DNA from: Promethearchaeota archaeon
Lineage (GTDB): Archaea > Asgardarchaeota > Lokiarchaeia > Sigyniarchaeales > SOKP01
Direction: 5' to 3'
Length of the DNA stretch: 23,475 nt
NCBI GenBank assembly: GCA_018238625.1
Contig: JABCSY010000062.1
Span: 1-23,475 of the forward strand
Numbering within the stretch: position 1 is the stretch's first letter; every line of letters begins with the position of its first letter. The position numbers were made by a program, and so were the translations under genes. The notes under the pieces were generated by a model. That model searched no databases. It had not been told where the DNA came from and saw only the letters and a list, made by a program, of their open reading frames with translations. Positions 9,231-17,779 of this stretch are shown here, in pieces.

Positions 9231-9713
9231 TTATTTTAAATAATTATCTCTATTTTTCCACAATAACATTATGTAAATCGACCCGATTCCAAGAAAGATT
9301 TCTGTTCGTATGCCTTCTGTAAAGATAAAGTCTTCCCATACAGTAATATCTACGAGACCTTGCAGAGCAAAATCGACCAAATTAGCAATCCATTCAATAG
9401 CAAATAAAGTTCCGATTCCCAAAGCTAAAATTCCTGCTCCAATTAAAAACCCAAATCCAGAGAGAGTTCCTTGTTTTATTTGTGGAACGCCATAAAGGAA
9501 TATCACGGCAATTAATAAATTAATTAACGCTTTAGCTAAATGATCTAGAAATGAACTCTCCCATATTGCATCACCTGGCGAAGAAAATAGGAAAATTAAT
9601 GGTTCTTCTAATGGTATGTGTATAAATTCTACTATTGAAACAATTAAGAAGGCAACTCCGAATAATAATGCTACAATACTAAAAGAAGATCGTTTTAATT
9701 CTATGATTTCCAT
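9231..9713 (-). CDS. Feo-associated membrane protein of unknown function (about 4 TM helices)
   Basis: 160-aa hydrophobic ORF whose ATG (9713) directly abuts the feoB stop (9714-9716). Confidence 0.8.
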   Translation of the reverse strand: MEIIELKRSSFSIVALLFGVAFLIVSIVEFIHIPLEEPLIFLFSSPGDAIWESSFLDHLAKALINLLIAVIFLYGVPQIKQGTLSGFGFLIGAGILALGIGTLFAIEWIANLVDFALQGLVDITVWEDFIFTEGIRTEIFLGIGSIYIMLLWKNRDNYLK

Positions 9714-11759
9714 TTAGAAATAGACACCTCCAATTAAATTGATTATCAACGCTAAAATGTAACCTAAACCTATACCATAAGTAGCAGAAACTAAAGCCCA
9801 TTTTTTTGAGCCGGTTTCTTTATATACAGCACCTATATGAGCAACACATGGAGTATACAGCAAAACAAATACAAGATATCCGTATACTAATGCAGGCATG
9901 GCAGCAACAGCAACAGCACCGGGTACTGCTAAATTATCGAATACAAATTGACCCAATCCTGCTGGTTCTTCTTCACCGGTTAAAATCAATCCAAACGCTG
10001 CTACAACAACTTCTTTAGCTAAAAATCCAAAAACAATTCCGATAGCAGCAATCCAGCTCCATTTTAGTGGTGCAAATAAAGGTTGAAAGAACTTTCCAAC
10101 TCCAGCAAGCAAGGAGTATTCAGGATCAACGCCCCATGCTAATGTCCCTGTATTAGGATCAATTCCAAAACTTTGGAGAAGCCACATAATAACGACAACA
10201 GCAAAAATTATCGTTCCTGCTTTCTTAATAAATTCTCTTCCTCGTTCCCACATGTGAATTCCAGTGTATTTTGCTGTAGGCATGCGATAATCCCCTAATT
10301 CTAATATAAATGGAGATGTTTCACCTTTAAAAACTACTTTACGGAAAAATAACGCTAGCAATATTGCAATGACGATTCCAAGAGCATATAAACTAAATAT
10401 TATTGTACCAGTTGAGGCGTTTCCTAATACATATCCTCCTAATAAAACATAAACAGGTAATCTTGCGCCACAAGAAATATTTTGATTAACCATAATTGTA
10501 GTTAAACGATCTTGTTCGTTTTCTATAGCCCTACAAGACATAACTGCGGGAATATTACATCCAAACCCCAACATCATTGAAACAAAAGACCTTCCGTGTA
10601 GACCGAGTTTATACATTAAACGATCCATGTTAAAAGCAGCTCGAGCCAAGTATCCAGAGTCTTCTAGAAAAGATAAGACCAAAAACATCGTAAATATTAA
10701 AGGTACGAATCCTAAAACGGCCCCAAAACCTCCAAATATCGCTTCATTTATGAAAGATTTTATGAAAGCTATCCACCAAATGTCTTCAGGTATACCAGAG
10801 GTTAGCAATGGAAGCCATTCTTCAAATATTAATCCAACTAGAGTTATCATTGGAGCTGATGCCCTAAAAGTGATTTCAAACATCCCCCACATTATCAACA
10901 AAAAGATCGGAATTCCGAAATATTTGTTTAAAAAGACTCTATCTAATATATCTGAAGATGTGACCACTCCTTTTTCTCGCTTGTATGTTTCTTTAATAAT
11001 TTCTCCGATTTTATTATATCTCTCACCCGCTAAATCGAATTCTTCAGTACCAGATAAAATCCGCTTCATTTTTTCCTCGACAACTATTCCTCCATCAAAA
11101 GTATACAATTCTTTTTTAACTTCTTTATCGTTTTCAATGAGTTTTATTGCAGCCCATCTTCTTTTATCAGAAAGGAATTTAGGAAGATTATTTTCAAGGA
11201 TTTCTGTAGCTTTTTTTATTTTCTCCTCTAACTCGCTAGAATAATGAATAATTTCAACGCTTTTTCTTGCTAATTTATTATCTTTAACATAGCTTTCGAT
11301 TGTATTTCTTGCTTCTTTTATGCCTTTACTTTTGATTGCTACTGTTGGTATAACAGGAGCTCCCATTAACTGTGATAATCGCTCAACATCAATGTTAATT
11401 TTTCTTTTTTCTGCTGCATCCATCAAATTTAATATAAAAATCACCGGGATTCCTAGTTCTTTCAATAAAAATGCTAGATAAAGATTTCTTTCTAAATTCG
11501 TTGCGTCTAAGATATCGACAATTAAATCAGGTTTTTCATTTACAATAAAATTTCTGGCAATCATCTCATCAATAGCAGCCGGAGATAAAGAATAGACACC
11601 TGGAAGATCGATTACTTCAATATTTCCCATTTTACCTGTTTTCTTTTCCACAGTAACTCCAGGCCAGTTTGCAACATGACCAGTTTCTCCAGTTAATTCG
11701 TTAAAAAACACTGTTTTTCCAACATTTGGATTTCCAATTAACGCTAAACTTTTAGACAT
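9714..11759 (-). CDS. feoB: Ferrous iron transporter B
   Basis: G1 GNPNVGKT, G2 NWPGVTV, G3 DLPG, G4 NLMD. Membrane motifs LEDSGYLAR, GFGCNIPA and YTPCVA. The start is placed at MSKS (11759) because a GAGGT SD lies about 10 nt upstream and the 11795 start would overlap feoA. Confidence 0.97.
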   Translation of the reverse strand: MSKSLALIGNPNVGKTVFFNELTGETGHVANWPGVTVEKKTGKMGNIEVIDLPGVYSLSPAAIDEMIARNFIVNEKPDLIVDILDATNLERNLYLAFLLKELGIPVIFILNLMDAAEKRKINIDVERLSQLMGAPVIPTVAIKSKGIKEARNTIESYVKDNKLARKSVEIIHYSSELEEKIKKATEILENNLPKFLSDKRRWAAIKLIENDKEVKKELYTFDGGIVVEEKMKRILSGTEEFDLAGERYNKIGEIIKETYKREKGVVTSSDILDRVFLNKYFGIPIFLLIMWGMFEITFRASAPMITLVGLIFEEWLPLLTSGIPEDIWWIAFIKSFINEAIFGGFGAVLGFVPLIFTMFLVLSFLEDSGYLARAAFNMDRLMYKLGLHGRSFVSMMLGFGCNIPAVMSCRAIENEQDRLTTIMVNQNISCGARLPVYVLLGGYVLGNASTGTIIFSLYALGIVIAILLALFFRKVVFKGETSPFILELGDYRMPTAKYTGIHMWERGREFIKKAGTIIFAVVVIMWLLQSFGIDPNTGTLAWGVDPEYSLLAGVGKFFQPLFAPLKWSWIAAIGIVFGFLAKEVVVAAFGLILTGEEEPAGLGQFVFDNLAVPGAVAVAAMPALVYGYLVFVLLYTPCVAHIGAVYKETGSKKWALVSATYGIGLGYILALIINLIGGVYF

Positions 11760-11775
11760 TTTTTTCTTTACCTCA

Positions 11776-11994
11776 TTAAAGTATTTCAACCTCAATTAAT
11801 TTACATTCGGATTTCCGTAGACTAAGATTGTAGTTTTTGATTTCTAATTCTAAAGGATCTCCTAAAGGCGAAGCTCGAATTACTTGTATTAATTCACCTG
11901 GAAGTACTCCCATTTTACCAACAATACTGCCTATTGATTTTTCAACAGAAATAATTCTAGCTTTTGTGTTAAATGGTAAGTCAGTTAAATTCAT
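11776..11994 (-). CDS. feoA: Ferrous iron transport protein A
   Basis: 72 aa with the SH3-like FeoA signature MGVLPG...SPLGDPLE...LSLRKSE, directly upstream of feoB. Confidence 0.95.
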   Translation of the reverse strand: MNLTDLPFNTKARIISVEKSIGSIVGKMGVLPGELIQVIRASPLGDPLELEIKNYNLSLRKSECKLIEVEIL

Positions 11995-12035
11995 TTAATT
12001 CAGACCTTACATTTTTCTTTTTTTTTTTTTATAAA

Positions 12036-12049
12036 TTAGGTATGCCTAA
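12036..12049. promoter_or_regulatory. DtxR/SirR-type operator TTAGG-TATG-CCTAA upstream of feoA
   Basis: Palindrome with perfect 5-bp arms, matching the TTAGG-N4-CCTAA core known for DtxR-family (SirR/MntR) boxes. Two DtxR-family genes are in the locus. Confidence 0.8.
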
Positions 12050-12082
12050 AAAGGCAAATTATAGTTACAAAAGAAACTATTG

Positions 12083-12100
12083 TTTTTAAATCTTATCTTT
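12083..12100 (-). promoter_or_regulatory. Putative BRE/TATA of the feoAB operon
   Basis: The minus strand reads AAAGATAAGA-TTTAAAAA, about 35 nt upstream of operator 1. Confidence 0.45.
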
Positions 12101-12183
12101 GAATTGCAGTAATTATTTGTAGATCTTTAATTTAACTTTCAGATTATAGATTTAAATTTATAATTTGGTCATAGATTGAATAC

Positions 12184-12196
12184 AAAAGATTTATAT
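12184..12196 (+). promoter_or_regulatory. Putative BRE/TATA of the feoC-like/dtxR operon
   Basis: AAAAGA-TTTATAT lies about 16 nt upstream of operator 2, so the predicted transcription start falls inside the operator. Confidence 0.5.
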
Positions 12197-12211
12197 CTAT
12201 TCAAAGAGTTT

Positions 12212-12235
12212 ATAATTTAGGTATAACTAAATTAT
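12212..12235. promoter_or_regulatory. Second DtxR-type operator ATAATTTAG-GTATAA-CTAAATTAT
   Basis: 24-bp palindrome with one mismatched pair. Its core TTAGGTATAACTAA matches operator 1 at 12 of 14 positions. Confidence 0.8.
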
Positions 12236-12259
12236 TTTAAAAACAAAAGAAAATATGAA

Positions 12260-12562
12260 ATGAATAAAATTAACTCAAATTTATACATTAAAGTCATTCG
12301 GAAGATCATAGAAAAGGGTGTGTCTAGTCCTCATTTTATTGCTCAATCTTTAGAGATATCTGAAGAATTATTAAATGTGGTAATACATTCACTATTAGAA
12401 AAGGGATATTTAAACTACATCGATGATAAAGAGTTTAAAAAGGAAGCGTCGTTACATTGTAAGTTTTGCCCTTATGCTAAAGATTGTTCTGAAAATCTAC
12501 CTTCTGTTTTTTATGAACTATCGGAAAAAGGAAAAAATATCACAAAAAATTATAATAATTAA
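12260..12562 (+). CDS. FeoC-like winged-helix protein with a Cys cluster
   Basis: HTH IAQSLEISEELLNVVIHSLLEKGYL, a CKFCPYAKDC insert in the wing, then YELSEKG. Located in the feo locus. Confidence 0.8.
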   Translation: MNKINSNLYIKVIRKIIEKGVSSPHFIAQSLEISEELLNVVIHSLLEKGYLNYIDDKEFKKEASLHCKFCPYAKDCSENLPSVFYELSEKGKNITKNYNN

Positions 12563-12581
12563 AACAAGGATTTTACAAAAT

Positions 12582-13265
12582 ATGCCAAAATTAAGCAACA
12601 AAAGAAATAGAAGAAGGTTTAATAGAAGAGAAAAAGAAATGAATTATCATCTTAACTTAAATAAAAATAATAGTTACCATTATAAACATGAAAATTTTAA
12701 GGAATTAGAAGAAGATCTACTGAAAGTTATTTATAAAGGAAAAGATCATAAGGTATCAAATAAATATTTAACCGAATTCTTCAATAAAAGAAATGTACCA
12801 TCTCATAGAATTATAAAACATTTACATAGAAATGCTTTTTTACATTTTTATAATAATTCTGTTTCTCTTACTCCAAATGGGATATTAATTGCTAAAGAAA
12901 TACAGAAAAGGCATAATAAGATAGAGAATTTTATAAAAGGAAAAGGAATGGTCTGTGATGCTCATGAGATGGCTCATATCCTTGAACATGAGCTCACTAC
13001 AGAAACCATTCAAAAAATTATAAAAGCATCAGAATTAAAAGAGAAAGGAAGACCTTTAATTAACTTTTTATTACCATTTGGGACAATTGTTGGTTTAGAT
13101 TTGCCTAATTGTAAAGTCTGGACGAAATTGATAAGTATTGGGATATTTCCAGGTCAAAAAATCCATATTATTGAGAGAAATTCAACTAATTTTCTAATTG
13201 AAGTAAAAAATAGTAGAGTAGCTATAGATAAAATCCTAGCAAACGGTATACTCTTAATTCCTTGA
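12582..13265 (+). CDS. DtxR-family metal-dependent regulator with C-terminal FeoA/SH3 domain (divergent N-terminus)
   Basis: LTPNG...KRHNKIE...AHILEH, and FeoA-like LISIGIFPGQKI...RVAID. The start is probably ATG 12582 (AAGGA upstream) or 12639, not 12423. Confidence 0.82.
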   Translation: MPKLSNKRNRRRFNRREKEMNYHLNLNKNNSYHYKHENFKELEEDLLKVIYKGKDHKVSNKYLTEFFNKRNVPSHRIIKHLHRNAFLHFYNNSVSLTPNGILIAKEIQKRHNKIENFIKGKGMVCDAHEMAHILEHELTTETIQKIIKASELKEKGRPLINFLLPFGTIVGLDLPNCKVWTKLISIGIFPGQKIHIIERNSTNFLIEVKNSRVAIDKILANGILLIP

Positions 13266-13324
13266 AATATCACACCTACCTCCAATTTAACATTTGCTAA
13301 AAGAAAGTTTTTCAAATAGTTTAA

Positions 13325-14218
13325 TCAAGGATTATTCTTGATAAATTCTACAATAACTTCTGCCAGTTCAGGACCTTTATCTTCTTGAACAAAATGGCTT
13401 GCGTTTTTAATTGTTATATGATTTTGTCCAACAGCTCCAGGAACGAGCGCTTGCCAAAACCTATCGCCTCCTCGAGTAATTGGATCCTTATCAGAAAACG
13501 CTGTTAAAAAGGGTTTTTTCCATTGTTTAAAAAGTTCAATAGCTTTTTTATTCGCTTCGTGCTCCGGATCATCGATACTTATTGGAACTAAAGACGGTAG
13601 TATCCGAGCGCCAGCTTTAAAAGAATCGTCAGGAAAAGGCGCGTCATACCCATTTAAAACCTCTTTAGACAATTTAGTGGTGGTTCCACCCTGTATAATA
13701 AATTTGATGTCAAAAGAAGGTGAATTTCTAGAAAACTCCCGCCAATTAGTAAAAGCCTCAGACATCCTTTGTTCACCGGTTGGTAACCCCCCATTTGATA
13801 AAACTATTCTATTAAACCGATCCTGATTTTCAATAGCAAGCCTTAAACCTATTAAAGATCCCCAATCTTGACAAAATAAGGTAATGCTTTGAAGATCGAG
13901 TAGTTGTAGCCATTTTGTCATCCATTCTACATGTTTAAGATATGTGTGGTCGTTTTGTTCAGTTGGTTTGTCTGAACGGCCAAATCCTACTAAATCTGGC
14001 GCTATAATTCTAAATCCTGCTTTCACCAGAATAGGAATCATATGTCTATATAAAAAACTCCATGATGGTTCACCATGCATTAATAAAATGATGTCTACTT
14101 GTTTAGGTCCCTCGTCTAAATAGTGGATTTTGATTCCATCTACTTCAATAAAATGTGGTTCAAATGGAAAGTCGGGGAGGTTATCAAACCTCTCTTCAGG
14201 TGTGTTTAATAATTTCAT
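13325..14218 (-). CDS. Haloalkane dehalogenase (alpha/beta hydrolase, HLD-I-like)
   Basis: TPEERF, HGEPSWS, PDLVGFGRSDKP, nucleophile elbow CQDWG, catalytic acid DPIT and ASHFVQED. Confidence 0.92.
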   Translation of the reverse strand: MKLLNTPEERFDNLPDFPFEPHFIEVDGIKIHYLDEGPKQVDIILLMHGEPSWSFLYRHMIPILVKAGFRIIAPDLVGFGRSDKPTEQNDHTYLKHVEWMTKWLQLLDLQSITLFCQDWGSLIGLRLAIENQDRFNRIVLSNGGLPTGEQRMSEAFTNWREFSRNSPSFDIKFIIQGGTTTKLSKEVLNGYDAPFPDDSFKAGARILPSLVPISIDDPEHEANKKAIELFKQWKKPFLTAFSDKDPITRGGDRFWQALVPGAVGQNHITIKNASHFVQEDKGPELAEVIVEFIKNNP

Positions 14219-14361
14219 TTTTTCCTTAGCCTATTGAATTTTTAATTTTTGTAAATTGTATTAAGTTAATCAAAAACCTTATTTATATAAAAAATAATTC
14301 TTTTTTGATTTTATTGAATTATACTAAAAATTAAGATTAAATTGTTTTCTATTCTTGATCG

Positions 14362-15651
14362 ATGATTTTTGTTAGCTTACTAATTAGTGTAAAAAGAATG
14401 TTTAATAGATTTTGGGAAGAGAAAATATTCCGAATCGCTATTTTACTTCATTTATTTTATTACCTTTTATCAATAATCTTGTTTTTTACGGTTCTTTCCG
14501 AAAAGAACGATTTTTTAATATTTTACGAATCAGGCAAGATTTTCCTCAATGACATTAACAATCTTTATAATCAAACGTATTATCTTTGGGATTTTCGATA
14601 CTTTCCTTTATCGGCACTATTCTTTGTTCCTTTTTCACTTATAGATTTTAGATTAGCGTTTGTATTGTTTAATACGCTAAATTTATTTTTGAATTTTCTA
14701 ATTATCATGCTTTTATATAAGATAATTAAAAGAGTTCGCGGAAAAGACCACGAACAAAACGATAAAAGAATAATACTCTATATCAGTATATATTTAATGG
14801 GAGTGCCTCACGTTTTAAACTACATCTACGGGCAGATCAATTTGTTTATCACTTTGTTTATTTTAATTTCCTTGATAATTTTTCTTACCTATAAAAGCAA
14901 TGTTTGGCAGTTTATCGGGAGCTTTATCTTAGGTGTTAGTATTATAATTAAACCAACATCGATCTTCCTTATCCCTTTCTTGTTAATATTACATTTTGAC
15001 TTAGAAAAAAGAAAGCTTAAAATCGACTTTTCTAAAAGTTTTATAAGAATTTTTGGTGTAATATTACCTGTTTTGTCTAATTTCGTTCTATTTGCCGCTT
15101 TTCCTAAATTATGGGAAGACTTTTTGGAAACTAACTTTACCGGAAGCAATCCTATTGCTTTAAATTTTTCTTACAGTTTAACAAAACTCATTACTAACTT
15201 CTGTTATCTTTATAATATTCCATTTAGTCAATTAACGATACTTCTTGTCTCAGTTGGGTTTTTTGGGGGTATTGGATTTATTATTTTCGTTTCAATAAGG
15301 AGAAAACAAAATTCTATCTTATATGGTTATACATTTGGTATTTTAATTATGCTTCTTACGTATTTTGATTCTTGGGACCATCATCTCTTAAACTTGACGC
15401 CTCTTTTGATAATTATTATCTTTAATCTCCCGAGAAAGACTGAGTTGTTGAATTACATAAAACCTAGTCTATTCTTCTTCAATTTTTTTGATATCCTATT
15501 TGTTGGAATTTGGTATTTGACGTATCCTCTATTTCCCTATAATTTTGTTGGCACATTTTTTCTAATCTTAGCACTTTTCGGAGTTATAAAATACTGTTTA
15601 GTTAAAAATAAAAAATCAAAAAATGTTGAGGTTGGTATCCATGAAGGTTAG
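14362..15651 (+). CDS. GT87/DUF2029-like polyprenol-phosphate-sugar glycosyltransferase (GT-C), paralog 1
   Basis: NDFLIFY after TM1, FRYFPL, GQIN, IIKP and DSWDHH motifs, about 10 TM helices. Alternative start at 14398. Confidence 0.8.
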   Translation: MIFVSLLISVKRMFNRFWEEKIFRIAILLHLFYYLLSIILFFTVLSEKNDFLIFYESGKIFLNDINNLYNQTYYLWDFRYFPLSALFFVPFSLIDFRLAFVLFNTLNLFLNFLIIMLLYKIIKRVRGKDHEQNDKRIILYISIYLMGVPHVLNYIYGQINLFITLFILISLIIFLTYKSNVWQFIGSFILGVSIIIKPTSIFLIPFLLILHFDLEKRKLKIDFSKSFIRIFGVILPVLSNFVLFAAFPKLWEDFLETNFTGSNPIALNFSYSLTKLITNFCYLYNIPFSQLTILLVSVGFFGGIGFIIFVSIRRKQNSILYGYTFGILIMLLTYFDSWDHHLLNLTPLLIIIIFNLPRKTELLNYIKPSLFFFNFFDILFVGIWYLTYPLFPYNFVGTFFLILALFGVIKYCLVKNKKSKNVEVGIHEG

Positions 15652-16363
15652 AAGAACAAATCTTTTTGCAAGTACCGCTCTTATTTTAATTTTTATGGGG
15701 AGTTTCACATCAAACGTAATTGCTTTAGATTATAGTATTGGTTTTAGAGCAGGCGATCAATTATTTTGGAAATGCAATATATGTAATATTAACAAAATGA
15801 ACGTGCTTTTTGGGGAGGGTTGGAGAGACGCGGGATTGTTTGAAAACCTAAGCCAAGGAAAAAGGATGAGATGGGACATTAATACAATCGAACAAAATTC
15901 CACAACAATATTAGCATCAGTTAATGTATGGATGTGGCAAAATGAAGGGAGTTGGGGAACTCTTGACAATATATCAGAATCTTCATATTTAAAAGATCCA
16001 AGCCAATATCCCGCCAATTTTAATTTTTCAAATTATTTGCCTTTTGTACCTTTCTGGTTACCCGTTCCGATTGGCGATTATTTAGGGGAAATGAAACTGA
16101 GTGATTTGTACGACGTTGATAATCGCGTTTTACCAACTTTAAATGTTCAACCTAATATTCCCACTGAAAATGTTTATATAATTGCGGTCTATAACCTAAA
16201 TGGGATTTTAAGCTCTTTTAAATTATATACAACCGGTAATGTAGTCGTCATTGATATTTCACTTGATAACATCCCTCTATATGTATTACCTTCCACAATA
16301 GGTTTAATTAGTGCATTTTTAATTGTTATTTATTTATATGTAAAGAGAAAACGAAATATATAA
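15641..16363 (+). CDS. Secreted, membrane-anchored surface protein
   Basis: Signal peptide MKVRRTNLFASTALILIF...VIA, a beta-rich body, and a C-terminal IPLY + TM helix + KRKR. GAGGT SD before ATG 15641. Confidence 0.8.
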   Translation: MKVRRTNLFASTALILIFMGSFTSNVIALDYSIGFRAGDQLFWKCNICNINKMNVLFGEGWRDAGLFENLSQGKRMRWDINTIEQNSTTILASVNVWMWQNEGSWGTLDNISESSYLKDPSQYPANFNFSNYLPFVPFWLPVPIGDYLGEMKLSDLYDVDNRVLPTLNVQPNIPTENVYIIAVYNLNGILSSFKLYTTGNVVVIDISLDNIPLYVLPSTIGLISAFLIVIYLYVKRKRNI

Positions 16364-16391
16364 CCTTTTATTACAATTTATTTAAATTGAC

Positions 16392-17705
16392 ATGGATTTT
16401 AAAGCGTGTTTTACCCAAGTTAAGAATCGTTCTGTAGAACTATGGAAATTTAAATTCTTCAGATATTGTATATTTCTTCACATGTTTTATTTTATATTTT
16501 CAATACTTATGACATTGTTCGTATTCAGAGAGCAAAGTGATTTCTACGTATATTATAGAGTTGGAGAAATTTTTGTTAACGATCCTGCTAACCTTTACAA
16601 CCCTGCAAATTATGCCGACATTTGGCCTTTTAGGTATCTCCCTCTTTCTGCGCTACTCTTTGTTCCTTTTTATCTAATGGGTTTTGAATTAGGTTTTATT
16701 GTTTTTAATTTAATCAATTTAATTTTAAACGTTTTAATCTCTATAATTCTTTATAAATTAATACTCTTGATTAGAAGAGAAGATCACGAGAAAGAAGAAA
16801 ATAGAGTAATACTGTACATTTGTCTTTACCTTATTGGATTACCGCAGGTATTTAATTACATATTAGGTCAAATTAATTTATATGTTACTCTACTTATTTT
16901 ATTATCTCTGTTTATTTTTCTTAAATATAACGATATCAAATGGCAATTTCTCGCAAGTTTTCTATTAGGAATAAGTATTATAATTAAACCAACGACTATA
17001 TTTATGATTCCCTTCCTAATTATGCTCAATTACGACTATAATAATAAAAAATTAAAACTTGATTTTACTAAAAGCTTTCTTAGATTAATTGGCGTTGTAT
17101 TGCCTTTGTCTCTAAACTTTATAATGTTTTTAATTTACCCGAGTTTATTAAGTGGGTTTTTAGAAACTAATTTTACAGGTTCTGAAACAGTGCTTTTAAA
17201 CCATTCTTTTAGCATTACAAAACTCATATCTAATTTCTTCTTATATATTGGGGTTCCCGCTACCGAATTAAGCGTTTTACCTATTTTTTTAAGCGTTTTG
17301 CTCATTTTGGGAAGCATAAGTTTAATTCTCTATGTATTTAGAAGATTTTACATAAACAGTTTAATTTACGGATACACTTTCGGTATTTTAATAATGTTCC
17401 TTGCTTACTTTGACTCATGGGACCATCATCTTCTCAATTTAACGCCGCTTTTAGTTGTTATATTGTTTAATTTGCCAAGAAACTCAGAATTAACCAGAAA
17501 GTATATTAAACCGGGCTTTTTCTTTTTGAGCTTCTTTGATTTGGTTTTTATGGGAATATTTTGGCTAACAAAACTGTTTTTTACTGATATGTTTTTTCCA
17601 TTTAATTTCGCTTCAACAATATTTTTAATTCTTATTTTTGTAGGGATTGGTCATTATTGCTTACAAAAGGAAAATAACGAAAAATCATATAAGGTAAAAG
17701 CTTAA
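16392..17705 (+). CDS. GT87/DUF2029-like glycosyltransferase (GT-C), paralog 2
   Basis: SDFYVYY, FRYLPL, GQIN, IIKP and DSWDHH motifs. Collinear with paralog 1, with long identical blocks (ETNFTGS, YFDSWDHHLLNLTPLL). Confidence 0.8.
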   Translation: MDFKACFTQVKNRSVELWKFKFFRYCIFLHMFYFIFSILMTLFVFREQSDFYVYYRVGEIFVNDPANLYNPANYADIWPFRYLPLSALLFVPFYLMGFELGFIVFNLINLILNVLISIILYKLILLIRREDHEKEENRVILYICLYLIGLPQVFNYILGQINLYVTLLILLSLFIFLKYNDIKWQFLASFLLGISIIIKPTTIFMIPFLIMLNYDYNNKKLKLDFTKSFLRLIGVVLPLSLNFIMFLIYPSLLSGFLETNFTGSETVLLNHSFSITKLISNFFLYIGVPATELSVLPIFLSVLLILGSISLILYVFRRFYINSLIYGYTFGILIMFLAYFDSWDHHLLNLTPLLVVILFNLPRNSELTRKYIKPGFFFLSFFDLVFMGIFWLTKLFFTDMFFPFNFASTIFLILIFVGIGHYCLQKENNEKSYKVKA

Positions 17706-17779
17706 ATAATTTCAATTCTAAATTTTACATGAAATATTAAATAATAATAAACGAATCCAAAAGGCTCTTTAATAAAAAA

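Noticed and set aside
6776-11244. Antisense ORFs 6776..7006, 9310..9495, 9806..10018 and 10627..11244
   Set aside because: All lie opposite well-supported genes and show no recognisable motifs.
11760-11795. N-terminal extension of feoB
   Set aside because: It overlaps feoA. The SD and G1 motif position support a start at 11759.
12423-12581. N-terminal extension of the DtxR-FeoA ORF
   Set aside because: It overlaps the FeoC-like gene by 140 nt, and downstream ATGs with an SD-like element fit better.
13269-13283. ATCACACCTACCTCC, resembling a 16S 3' end or a strong minus-strand SD
   Set aside because: No rRNA context, and only a short antisense frame follows.
8700-13324. Feo locus as a mobile island
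   Set aside because: Parts look more AT-rich, but I found no integrase, transposase, tRNA or flanking direct repeats. A composition analysis would be needed.
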